A stretch of DNA of 41,689 nucleotides. It comes from Hyphochytrium catenoides (Eukaryota > Protista > Hyphochytriomycota). This document shows, piece after piece, positions 22,324-35,050 of this stretch; within the stretch, counting starts at the first letter, position 1, and each line of letters opens with the position of its first letter. The notes under the pieces are model-generated. The model was given only the letters and a program-made list of their open reading frames with translations, ran no database searches and had not been told where the DNA came from. The stretch covers positions 1 through 41,689 of the forward strand of contig FLMG01000762.1 of assembly GCA_900088475.1 (NCBI GenBank), given 5' to 3'. Made by a program: the position numbers and the translations under genes.

Positions 22324-25300
22324 TTATGTTGGGGACCAGTGCTGCTCTGTCCGGCTGTACCAGAGGACGTACAATAGATAGGACAGTACTCCAACCAAGC
22401 ACGACAGCCAGAAAGCCTGGGACCAAGACCTGGCGGAAGGACGAAAAGTGAGACTCCAGATGACTAGAGACACAACGTGACCATCGAAAAAAGTTCTGAG
22501 TAGACCATAACAAGGATAAGGATAGGGTTCTTTCTCTAAAGCTGACATGAGCGAGAAGCAAATCATTCCGACCTCATAACTGGAGAGAATCGAGGGCAGA
22601 ACTAGAGCTAGCTGGGGTTGAAAGGCGAAGGAAGACGGCAAGAAGAGGGATACGAAGGCCTTAAGGGGTAGATGGCAAACTTAGACCTTGCAGTTTGGAG
22701 ACAAGGAAGGAGGGCACGCAATATTCTCAAGGCTGTGCAGCCAATGTGAAGGGGTACAGAAGAGAGAGTTGTTCTGGGCCATGGGACAACTTAGCGATGG
22801 TTCTAGGAGACTTACTGAAAGACGATGGCCATCATTAGAGCGAAGAGGGCAGTCTGCCAGGCCAGGGCATTAGCTGCCGACAGCAGATCTAGGCGGTTTT
22901 CTCGTCGTATCTGAACTCTGTGCTCCTCCCTCAAGCTGTACTGCGAGATCTGTGAAAGTAGAAATATCAGGACTTCGATGAGCGAGAGAGTCATCGACTT
23001 CAGAGCCCTCCAAAGAGTTATTGGCTAAAACAATGTATAGGAAGACCGAAGACGCGTCCTTTTACCCTATTGCTATCTCTGAGGCAACAGATAACATCCA
23101 GTGGTCTCAGCTCCCCGACAAGGACGGATAAAACTAATCAAACAGGCCTCAGAGTCTCCTAAGTTCATCGATAGAAGAGATGGACAAGTAAGACAGCCAA
23201 ACGACTTACAGCATTCCACCATCCTGGAGGCCTGGTCTTCCTATAAAAGTCTTCTAGTACGCTTAGCTCTGGTGGATCCGTGGCGAAGGTAACCATGAGG
23301 GAAGCAGACAGAGAAAAGAATGACACGAAGAGGAACTCGAAATACTCCGTACTGTCTGGAAAGAAGCTGCAAGGAGCGACGTGGAAGGTGGTAGAGGCAA
23401 GCAGTTATGGCAAGCTGGCTGCTGGCGAGAGGTTTAGGGTAGCAAGGCTGAGGATATCCGGAAAAAAAGACAGACAGTTACCGACGCGGTGAAAGAGCGA
23501 GAGCGAGAGGGGATATATAGAGATAGAGACCAAGAGTCGACAGAGAAAAAGAGAAAAAGGGAGAGAGAGAGAAGGCCATATCGGGCGACCGGAGGTGTCA
23601 GGACATGGAGCAGTTAGCGAGCTGAGGGAAACTTGATGACCAAGAACGTCCATGAGACTTGACTGTCAGATGGAAGAAGATCTATAGCAGGACAGGAAAG
23701 CTGTAGTGTCCAGGAGAACGAATTCAGCTTACATCACTTTGAGAGTAGCGCCAAGAATCCCTGCAACTATCCCAGCGACATAGCCGTATCCTATGGGAGA
23801 GCAGACGAGGAAGACGTTATGGTGGGCAGAAAAGTCAGACTATTCACCAAGATATCAGCTTTCAGCCCGCCTTCTCCTCTTCTCTCGCCCTCCCCGCATT
23901 ACCTAGACATGCTTTTGCCGTATTCCAAAAATACCGCGCAAGCATCTCTTCACTATCACTTACCAGTGAATCGCCACCAGTACCAGGAGAGGAAGGAGAC
24001 CCAGCAGGTAGAGGCACCAAATGCCATGGTCATGAAACCCCAGATCTGGTTAACAGAGGACACGAGGAGAGAGCAGAGAAGTCCTAGCACCATCAAGACT
24101 GCCGAGGCTATGCGTGCTTGCCAAAGAAGTTCCTTCTCTGTAGCCTGTCAAAAATAAAACGGTGTAAGGGTTGTGCAGTACCGGGTAAAGCGGCGACTCC
24201 AGAACCGGAACATATAACAATCTCCCCCGGTGAGAGAGCCCTTAGTCTGCCAAGGAAGTCACACCTGAGGCCTTAAGAAAGTCTGGTATACATCCACCGT
24301 CCAGTAAGAGGAAGTAGAATGCAAACCAGAGTCAAAGGTAGTCATTGCAGCCGCTAAGAGGGACGCCAAGACCAGGCCCCTCCCACCCGACGGAAGAACA
24401 TGACCTAGCCCCACAGACATTGCCCTATGTTAGCAAAGGCTATTACTATCAGAAGCAAAGGTTACACTCCAAAGAGTGGAGCTTCTGGAGAAAAACAAGT
24501 AGAAATTGGGATCACCTCCGCATGACAGCCTCCCACGCGCCGAAAGAGGGAAATGCTTTAGGGAACCAGACCAGATGAACGGTCTCTTTCTTGCGGGCTT
24601 ACCAATAACTGCGGGTATAGCTTTTTCCGGGTCCAAAACCAAACCCGCGTTTCTAACGGTAAGATCCACTGCCAGTACCGCGATGGCGGCGGTGAAGGCC
24701 CAGCGAAGAGATAGAAGAAGAATGGCGGTAAAGGTCTGTAGACCAACATCTCTTTCTGTCTTTTGGGCCAAGACCGTTTGAAGTCCTCCACCTGCATGTG
24801 GAGAGGCTTAAACTTCCTTCGGCGCTCCCGGTAGAAGAAACGTTCGACAGGGAGGAGGAGAGATCAGGAGGCTGAACAAGGAAGAACCCATGACCCTTAA
24901 GCCTAAAATGGAAAACTCGATCAGGAGAACGCGACGAAGGCTTTTGAAGCAAGAGCTGCCTTCTCTAGAATTAGCAGTAGACCTAATGACGGCATAAAAG
25001 GGCTTTGACCTCTTCAATCCAACGGGTTAAGACTAAGAGAAGGTCAATTAGGAGGGAAAGTGACAACAAGAGTCGCTGCATTCGTTACCTCCCGGTCCTC
25101 CCGCTGCCGATATGGTGGTCCGCAGGAGATAGAAGGAGATTGCAAGACCATAGGCGTTGTAGATCTCATAAGATACGTCCGAAGGAACTTGAAGATGCAT
25201 CTTGGGCAGAAGCGACGTCCACTCGGCGAGAGAGGTGTTGACGGGTCTGAAGGCCTCGTGGACTGGAAACATGGCAACGCGAAAGAGTGGCCGCAAGGGC

Positions 25301-25907
25301 AAAAGGTTAATGTTCCAGGCAAAGAGAGGTGGCGTGGCCGACTAAAGAATAGTTCGGAGATTGTTCCACAACTGTGAGAGAGAGGCAGTCTTTTCAACCA
25401 AGAGGAAGGTGATGAAGGACCTTCTCTTTCCCTCTCCAAGTTCCGTCCTGTCTTCCTTCCACATTTCTCTCTCTTCAGATCTCCAACTCCTAATGCAACG
25501 TGTCTTACCATGTGCGCCAGGAAGCAGGTCCGGAGAGTAGATAAGGTCCTCTTGACCCTCACTCTTGACTGGCATGAAGACGTTGAAGGTATTTGGAAGT
25601 CTGACGCTCATCCCGATGCAGATGACATAGAGGAAAGAGCCAAAGACGAAGATACTCTGGTATACATCTGTGTAGACCAAGGACCGGAACCCCGCGATGA
25701 CGGTGTAAGAAAGAGAGATAAGCATCAAGAAAAGGCCGATCCACACGCGAGAGGGGATGTGGAGATAGGAAGGGACAGAGAAAAACTGCTCCATCAGCTT
25801 GCCTCCTACGAATGACAGAGTACGATGGTAAGTCCTCAAGAGGATAGAGAAAGACCAAGAGAAGAGGGAGAAATTGAGCATGACCGGGAAAGAAGAGAGG
25901 TGAGTGT

Positions 25908-25943
<36 letters not shown>

Positions 25944-27268
25944 TCTGAGAGATGAGATGGCTGAGAGAGATAGTGTTGTCACAGCTAACCTCCTTCAACG
26001 AAGTACGTAATGGCTAGGACACAACCCGTGATGATCAGCAGACTGAGAGTCATCCTGGCCAGCCGACCTTGGCGACCATCCCCGAACCTAAACTTCAACC
26101 TATAATGGTACGTGTGCATATGTGTAGGAGATAGACAGAGATCAATAGAGAGAGAGAGCAAAGAGAAATTGAGAGTCTGTGAGGGTTGCGGGCGAGAGAG
26201 AGTACAAGTAGGAGAGAGCAGAGAGAGAGGAGAGAGAGAGAGAAAAAGAGAGAGGTTGAGGCCAAGTGTAGAAGCAAATGGTGAGAGAAAAGTATGACGA
26301 GCTCACAAGTGTGAGAGAGGATCCTATAGCTCTTCAAAAAACGAACGAAGAGGACATGGCGTAGAACGCTAAAGAGGCTCAGAAGTAAGAGGTTGCCCTT
26401 GTCTCTCTCTCTTCTCTCTCTCGTCTCTCCTTACTTTTGCCTTACCACTCTCCCTTAGTCATGACTTCACTTCTCCTCACGAGCTTCCCTGTGAAGGCGA
26501 GCTGGAGGGCGAGCATCAGACACATTCCGCCTCTGATCTCTATGTACATGCCCGCCGCTCCCATCGCATACACGAGCGCGGTGTTTATCATTGTTCCGCT
26601 GATGTCAATGTAAGAAGAGACATNNNNNNNNNNNNNNNNNNNNNNNNNNNNNNNNNNNNNNNNNNNNNNNNNNNNNNNNNNNNNNNNNNNNNNNNNNNNN
26701 NNNNNNNNNNNNNNNNNNNNNNNNNNNNNNNNNNNNNNNNNNNNNNNNAGAGAGAGAGAAAGAGAGAGAGAGGGAGAAAGAGAGAGAGAGGAGAAGGAAG
26801 AGAAGGAAACACGGTGAAGGGGAAGGGCATAAGGATCCCGCTGAAAGGGTTGGGAGGCAATGAGAGAACTCTTAACACGCCTTGGGCTCCACGAAAGATG
26901 CGAAAGAGACACAAGGGAATCAGCGACAGAGACCAAGAGAAGAGAGACGGGGAGAGAGAGAGAGAGAGAGAGAGAAGAAAGAAGAAAGAGCAGATATAGG
27001 AGAGGGTGAGCAGCTTTTTACCAAGAAAATACTCTTCCATAGTGTTCCCATTCTCCGTCTCTTCTCTCTCGTCTCCTCCATCTTCCTCCAGTGCGACCGC
27101 TCTATACTTCTTCTTCTTTTCTTCTTTCTCTCTCTCTCTCCCGCCGCCAGTGAAAAACGAGGCACCGAGCCCGACTCCTATGACGGAGAGGAGGTAGAAT
27201 ATGCAGATCACAAGGTCCACAGTAGCCAGTGGAGAGGGAGGAGGTGCAGCGACACTCTGGCTGTCCAT
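22324..27268 (-). CDS. Sodium:solute symporter (SSS/SLC5 family); one exon partly in an N gap
   Basis: Spliced product: DLVICIFYLLSVIGVG...MEEYFLG, SSYIDISGTM, VMTKGEWLKFRFG, YTVIAGFRSLVYTDVYQ, LPSGGRGLVLASLLAAAMTTFDSGLHSTSSYWTVDVYQ, WYWWRFTG, FYRKTRPPGWW. Stop TAA at 22324. All resolved junctions are GT-AG. Confidence 0.92.
26624..26748. other. Assembly gap inside the SSS gene
   Basis: N run next to (GA)n. It hides the start of the exon ending in SSYIDISG. Confidence 0.95.
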
Positions 27269-27490
27269 ACTTCTCCAGCTGGTGAGGCCTCGTATCCTGG
27301 TGCTTTTCTCTCTCTTTCTCTCTTCTCCCACTTCTGTCTTGCGCTTGGGTCTCTGTCGACGTGTCTCTTGGTGAACGGCCCTTACCTCCTCTTGGATGAT
27401 TGGAGAGATGTAGAGATCAGCAAGATGTAGACTGGGAAATGGTCGCAACAGCCTCTTGTGAGAGAACCTCAGCTTGTAGAGAATATCAGC

Positions 27491-27494
<4 letters not shown>

Positions 27495-27531
<37 letters not shown>

Positions 27532-27639
27532 NNNNNNNNNNNNNNNNNNNNNNNNNNNNNNNNNNNNNNNNNNNNNNNNNNNNNNNNNNNNNNNNNNNNN
27601 NNNNNNNNNNNNNNNNNNNNNNNNNNNNGAGAGAATGAA

Positions 27640-27677
<38 letters not shown>

Positions 27678-27700
27678 AGAGAGAAAAAGAGAGAGAAGGG
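27495..27700. repeat. (GA)n microsatellite with assembly gap 27532-27628
   Basis: Directly visible. Confidence 0.9.
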
Positions 27701-28015
27701 GACAGAGGGAGAAGAGAGACATCAGATAGAGAGATAAGTGGGCAAGAAAGAAGAGAACAGAGCAAGAGACTGACGGACGATGGCGGAGACTAGGGATGGA
27801 GACGGACAGAGGCCGAGGCGGCACGCAGGACATGAAGATGCCAAAAGTGATCGGTGACATAAATAGAGTTTGCTAGCTAACTAACCACTATCAAAACTAT
27901 TGACCCACAAGAATTGAAAGACGACTCTCCCTCTCTCTCTCTCCCCTGTTTCGTTCTCTCTCTCCCTCGTCTAAAGCAGTCAATGCCGTCTCTCTCTCTT
28001 CCTCTCATTCCTAAT

Positions 28016-28322
28016 CTACTCTCCTGCTCCCAAGCTAAGGCTGGAGAACATGTCGGAGGAGTCCAGATGGTCCTCTCCTTCCTCAGCTGCGAAGTAACTC
28101 TTTAGCATCTGAAATCCCACGGCGCTGAATCTTAGAGCAGGCTTTCTTGTCGGGGCTAAGGGGACATGAGAGCCAGTTAGAGCCACAGGGAAACGCTGCA
28201 AGAGCCGCTACTGATCATCACGTTATCATTGATGAGACGGCGGAAGAAGGAAAGAGAGAGAATAGTGATTCACGTAGTAAGAGAGGAGAAAGAAGGAAAA
28301 ATAGAAAAAAAAAGGAGAGAGC

Positions 28323-28381
<59 letters not shown>

Positions 28382-31300
28382 CCGCTAGCAGTGAACAAGC
28401 CCAGACTAACGGAGAGAGAGAAAGAGAAAGGGACGACCTACCGCGCTGTCTGCTGACGAAACTCTCCCTTGTTATCTGCTCCGTGGTCCCTTGCGAGGGA
28501 TCCGTGGCCACCGTGACCAGCACGGAGTCCTCATCCTCCTCTTCTTGCACGACTACACCGCGCGCATCTCCGCAAACCTGACCTGCCAGCGCCTTTCGGA
28601 GATTCTTCTTCTCCACCTACAAAGAAGAAATAGCGACACGCGATCAGAAAAGAATGAACGACTCGCTGGAGACAAAGGCAGCAGAGGATCATTTCTCCTT
28701 TCGCATTGCACGACGCCGGCCCAGTTGCCCACACTGTTTCCATCCTTTAATCTCTCTCTCTCTCTGTGTCACTCTCTCTTTCTCTCTCTCTTTCGGCTTC
28801 CGCTTGACCCGTCCCCTTCTCTCTCTTTCTACTTCCCTCTCCTTCTCCCTTCCTACGACTCCCATTTGTCCTCCTGTTGAGGTCACACTAAGCACCTCAC
28901 CTGCAGCTTTTGCAGCTCCTGCAGAAGCGTATTTTTCTCGTTCTTTTCTTCCTCAAGCTGCTCCTTCGTCCTCTTCAGCTGCATCTGCAGTGTAGCCTTA
29001 GCCCCCGCCAGCGCATTGCATTTCCTGCGTAAGTCCAATGCTTTCTTCTGCCGTCCGTCCAGATCAGCCTCAGAGTATCTTTGTCGCAGATAGAACTCAG
29101 CCCATATATTTATACTTGCGGGATGGCAATCTGGGTGGAGCACCTGCAAGAAGATCGACACCAAGAGCGAAACTAGAGGTTAAATGTTGGGTCAAACGGA
29201 TGAGGTAGAAAAGAAGAGAGAAGAGAGAGAGAGAGAGAGAGAGAAAAGAGAGAACAAAGCGAGCGAGGCTAATGGCTTCCTCTTCCCATAACTCTCGCTT
29301 GTTGAAGACATACCCTCGGTAATACGCCTCCATAGTCGTTCGGCGATCCAGGTTTTGCATAGTAAGGATTCAAAAAGCCCCCTTCTTCTTCCTGCTTCTT
29401 CCTGTCATGATGGATCAAAGTCCAGACAGAGAGTGACCGGGAAGATGCCCCAGTCTTCTCTCTATCCTGCTCGCAGTTCCCAAAGAAGGTCCCCGCACGG
29501 CCAGAAAGAAGGGCATCCATCAACGCAATAAGGTATCTGTTCAGACAGGAAAGCAAGACAAGGTCAGATGTGTGAAGGAGGCCCCAAAAAGAGATGAGGA
29601 GTGTCAATACGAGGGACAGCGAGACAGAGAGAGAAAGAGAGAAGGCAAAAAGCCGCGGCCAAGACAGAAAAAGCGACATTCACGGAAAGAAGAGGAACGG
29701 TAATAGAGGAAGGTCGGTGTAAGAGACCCAAGCACGGAAAAGGATGCAAAGAGAATAGGTCATGAGGAGCAAGACAGAGCAACCGCGGGACACACAGAAC
29801 CCCGTGAGACAGGCAAATGTTACCTTGAATTGAACTCAAAGGCGCAAGGGAACTGCTGCATCAGCTGCCACACTGCGTCCAGGAACTGTGCGAAGATGGG
29901 CGAGCAATCTTCATCCTCCCAAAAGGTGGCTGGACGGTCTACTATCCCATAACGGTCCGCAAACCGGTGGCCAAAGGAGCACCACTCTTGTTCGATCAGC
30001 ACCTGGAAGCCTATCAAGCATTGAGACCAAGGAAGAAAGAAAAAGAGTAAGAAACACAGCGAACGACGTGCTGCGCCATTTGAAGACGCCGACGAGAACA
30101 TCACCGAGAGGGACGGTAGATGTACCCGTCACTCACTAGAAGACAGCTGTGTGGACGCAGAGCTCTAAACCGTCAAGAACAGGCCACAACGAGAAGCAGT
30201 TAATCATAGACGAACGAATGACGTCCTTATCCGCACTTGGCATTATGGTTCTTTACCCCTTACCTCGCAGCGTCCGATAGAAAGGGTCCATCATCATCTT
30301 GGCTAAAGAGGCAACCTGCGTGGTCCTATCCCAGCCGTCCGAACAGTGGCAAACAACTGAAACTCCATCCAAGGCCACCAGCTCCACTATGCGAGCAGTA
30401 GCCACTAGAAGAGAGCGAAGATGCTCGAGCCATCGCGTGCTCTCAAGATTTGAGAGCCATTGCTACAAACAACGCAGAAAGCAGTTCGGCAGCTCCATGA
30501 GCAATCGTTCAATCATCGAGACAGCACGCAGCAAATGGAGAAACTGAGAGCACAGAAAGCGCCCTAACTGGCTGCTCAACGAGGGTAAGGAAAGACCAAT
30601 AATAGACTTGCAAGTGCCGCCAAAGGCCCACAATGGAATACGTGAGACTGCAGACCAAGCCGTGAGAGGACCAGGGGGAGCTAACTCTGACGAAGACAGG
30701 AGACAACAGATATCAAACGGAGTTTGTCTCTCTGGTCACGTACATTTTCCTGCTGCTTCTGCACCAGCTCAAAGACCCGCCTATAGCTGTCTCTGACAGA
30801 ATGAATGTTCTCAATACCCATAAATATCACATCTGCATTTCCATAGTTCGCCGAGCTCTCAAACCCTGATACCGACAGAGAATAGAGGAGAAAAGCCACG
30901 TCAGAGCAAGCATCTCATAAGGTATGTGTAGCTAGCATTTATGGCACGAGAAAGCAAGCGGAGCGACGGTGTCCTGAAGCACAAGCCGGGATATAAATCC
31001 TCAGACTCTTTCCAACCTCCTTCTCCACTCCTCACTTTCTATTAACCTTTCTCTCATTATCTCTTTCACGTGCCTTTGCATATGTTCAATCTCACTACAA
31101 AAGCTCTTCTTCCCAACCTTACACGTCGCTACTCCTGTCTCTCACCTGCACCCATAGCAAGGTTGGCAAAGGCACTTGTCTGGTTCCTGCAGTCCATAAT
31201 ACAAAGCTTTTGGCTCCGCGTAGCCTCCTTTAGCGCAAGAAAGTAAGCCTCATCCTTCGTGCTCCGTGCCCGCCTGAGGCCCACTAGAGGCTGCGAGCAG

Positions 31301-33021
31301 CGAGATATCGTAGCACCAGTTTGTCGCTATGATGTCAGAAAGTAAGAATCAGAAAGAGCGTCAGGACAGCTATTCAAGGGCGATAAGTGACCGTCACTCC
31401 TCCCTACTTTCCTTAGCTTGTCCTTCCTTGCCTATCTAACTGCCCATATACCTTTACTGCTCGATTACGTACATGTAGGTATGTTATAGCCGGAAGACGG
31501 GAGTTGATCCTGAATTTGGCAACTTCCTTCAGATCCTCGTCCGAGACAGACGCAGGAACAGCAAAGACTCGAGGATAGGTAGGGCAAAGCGAGAAATCTT
31601 CATTCACCCTGGTAACGCGGAAGGGACTTGTTCCGCCATTCCCAATGGGACAGGAAGTGGCAGAAGAGCGAGAGGAACAGGATGACGATGGAGGAATCAA
31701 GCCCTGCCTTTGATACTCCATCATAGGGTCGTAGCAACGCCATCCTGCGCGGTCTGGAATGAAGGGCGAAGAAGGTCCCTGGAAAGCGAAAACGCTTGCG
31801 TCTCTCTGTCTCAACTTTCGTAAGCGTTGGAACACCTCGCTGTAGAATGACAAAGTGTAAGCGCGAGGTGAGGTGTGACATGAAGTAAGAAAGACGGCAT
31901 AACTCGTGACATTGAAGTGGTGGTGGTGAAGCCCTCCCAGATTTATGGCCTCGGCGACAGACAGAAGCTGAACTGATGAAAGAGGACGAAAAGAGGACAG
32001 GAAAGGAGATAGCGACGACAGAGAGAGAGAGAGAGAGAGAGAGATGAGAGAAAGGTAGATGTATCGTTAAGTCTCACCTTGAAGAGCAATCATAGGGGAA
32101 GCCAAATCGCAGTCTGAAAAAGCTCTTGGTGGTGACTTCCATGATAGAGATAACAGCGTCGACGTCCTGCCCGCTATATCCTTTAACCGAGGCAATTGAG
32201 CAGAGAGGAACGTCCAAAGAAAAATCCAGCCGCTCCGATGAAGGAGACGGACGATTCGCAGGGGAGTATAATCCCGACGGAGTGTTCTTCACAGCCAGGG
32301 GATTGATTAGAAAGAGCAGATTAGGGAGATGAACAGATAGGGAGCGGAGGATAAGAGGGAGAGACGGGTAGACAAAGACATCTAAGACGAAGCCCACTAG
32401 GTGAGTAACATAGCTAGAGAGGCTCGATGAACACTCAGAAGAGTAACAGCACAGACGACCGGGACGGCTTGTGATATTGGAAGCTGTCTGAAGGTGGAAC
32501 TCATCCAAAAGCAGTAACAAGAGGAGATCGCCCTACCCCAAAGGCTGCAAAGAGAATGCGATGATTGGTAAGAAACAAGGTGCCGGGTGTCGCGTTCTTC
32601 AGGTCTCCACACTTCTCTAAATGACTTCCGAGAGCATGGGCCTTGGCGATGATTCTTTCTCCTGTCAGTAGCTTTGACGACGGGTCCTCCAGTACCAGAT
32701 ACATGCTCTCAGACACGTAGGACGTCTAACCATGAGGACGTTTAGGGAGAGATAGAGAAGTTTACAGGGAGATGGTTAGCGTTGGTACCGGCAGGAGAGA
32801 TAAGATAGAGCTCTCGTCACTACCTGGACAGCGACATCTTCCGCATTAATCTCCGTCCAGGGCCCGTCTAGTCCCACCAGCTCATCGAGAGAGGATGCAG
32901 AATGAGAGGTACCAAGTTCATCACAATCGGAAGGCGTTGAAGCGTCTCTTTGCTCTTCGAAGTTCACACTTATGGCGTCTTGGCCGCGTACGAGAGTATT
33001 GAGCTGTCGCCGGTTTCCCAT
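28016..33021 (-). CDS. Myotubularin-family phosphoinositide 3-phosphatase (PH-GRAM, phosphatase, coiled coil) with an intact catalytic motif
   Basis: [12 protein letters not shown] (PH-GRAM), [32 protein letters not shown]|[26 protein letters not shown], catalytic [11 protein letters not shown] (~30320-30355), [50 protein letters not shown]. The first and last exons are approximate. Confidence 0.93.
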
Positions 33022-35050
33022 TGTTCTCAGGGGAAATAAGCAGAAAGGCTACAAAGAGCTCGACAAGCTTGAAGAGATGCCGAGAGACGGCCTAGTAGCA
33101 AACAGAACAGCAGCTCAAGCTCAACAACCGGGCAGCGAGAAAGAAAGTATGGAGACAGAGTATGGAATGCCTCCTTTCAAAAGCAAAGACGTCGTTCCCA
33201 GCATCACGCTCTGCCAAGGTGCTGCCCTCTGGGCATGGAAAGAACAGGCAGAGATTTCGAAGTCTTGAAGAGACTTCAAGGAAGAAGCTTAGAAGCAGGC
33301 CGACGTTAACGTGGACAGGTGACCAACAAAGGAGCTGGCGATGAGACCTTTAGTGTCCAGACAGCACGGTATCCTCTCTCGTTGCTTCTGATGGAGACGC
33401 AAGAGACAGAGGGATCGTTCCGAGCAAGGGCGATGTGAGAGCAAGTGGGCAAAGAGAGGAGGAGAAGAGAGAGAGAAGAGAAGAGGAGAGACAGAGAGAG
33501 AGAGAAGACTCTCTCAACAGCAGTGAGGAGGAGAACTGGACAGACCAGGAGCGCAGTGTTCGCAGCGATCAAGAGTGATGCCTTGTGTTCAGCAGCAGCA
33601 GCAGCAGCGGTAGCGGCAGGAGCCGAAGTCGGAGCGGCAGGTAGCAGCGCAGCAAGAGCACGGAGAGAGCGGAGAAAGTGCTTTGCACGCCCAGAAACGC
33701 CCTTTTCTCATTACTGCTCTCTCTCTCTCAACTGAGGTCGGTATCTATATCTCCCTCTGTTTCTATCACTACACCTTCTGGTTACCCAACAACATCTATG
33801 TTAGAGATTGTAGGTTTATGAATCTTCACTCTGTGTTGTTACTGAGGAACTCTGTCTCGCAGATGGAAGCTTAATGTCCTCCCCCTTTTCTGGTCCAAGA
33901 GTAAGAGGAAGTGTAGCACCCTCGTAGGCCGTTATTCTGAGGTTAGGTTTCCCCATAATTCTTCTGAGACGAGTCGGCTGCTGAATCAGCTTGGTGCGGT
34001 TTTCCTGGGGATAAAGCCCTTGAAAAGTTCCGTTTACTTTGAAAATTAACTTTTCTTGAGGAGACCTCAGCAGATCAAATGCGTATTCGAACCTTTGCAT
34101 TTTGTCCCTTCATAGCTCAACCGAGAATACCAAACCCTTTTTCTTCTCGTTCCTAAACGTTCGCCGATTTTACCACAATCTGGCCTTTATCATCTACGAA
34201 AACAACCAGTCCTTCCTAATATAGTGCCGATCGATCTGCGAAGTCATCAAAAAGACAGCTGTTCTGTTTGTGAATCTTCACATTTGACAACCATCTCCTC
34301 CCACACTCGAGTTTTCATTGACGATTTGGTTGACAATTGACAATCTGAGATTGTAAATCCACAGCACCACATTGTCAGAAATCTGGTTATTTATCATGTC
34401 AAAAGGTGGACAAGTACAACTGTAAGCAATTACTTGTCACAGTCGTGCATTTGAAATACGTTTGTCATCGATCCCCGATAGATAGCATACTTTTCAGATA
34501 CTGACCTGAACCTTGCGGGTACCTTCGCAACGGTAGGTAAGAGCCTATCCCTCAGACTCATAGAGCCTATTCCTTAGGCCTATTTCGGGTCTGTAGTCAT
34601 CAAGTAGCAAGGGGGTTACCCTCCCCCACCCGCAGTAGCCGAAGCCGCCTGCAACCCATGACCTCTGTCTTTGTCTTGTCTTTGTGCAACGATCATGCGA
34701 GACAGAGATCACAAATAGATACAAAGATAAGAGAGTCAGAGTAATACATTGTCCATAGATAAAGATGAAAGTAAAGGCAACAATGCCTGAAGAAAGAGAA
34801 GAAGACAGAGATTTGGGACCCGAAGATTTGGACCTCGAGCGCTTGAAGGCGAGTAACGTCTTCTTTCTTTCTGAAGCTCGGCGCCGAAGATCTTCAGATG
34901 AAGCTCTAAGTAGAGACTGACTTTCCGGTACGGGGCGGGGAAGACTGGACGGAGCTTTAGCCGTGCTGAGCGGAACTTGGTCTGAGCTTGACAGTTTCAG
35001 ATAAAGCGGAGACGGAGAGGAAAGAGAGGTGAACCCATACGAAGGCTAAC

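Noticed and set aside
31973-31991. CTGATGA...GGACGAAA resembling a hammerhead ribozyme core
   Set aside because: The intervening AAGAGGAC cannot form stem II, no stems I or III are evident, and it lies in purine-rich sequence antisense to an intron.
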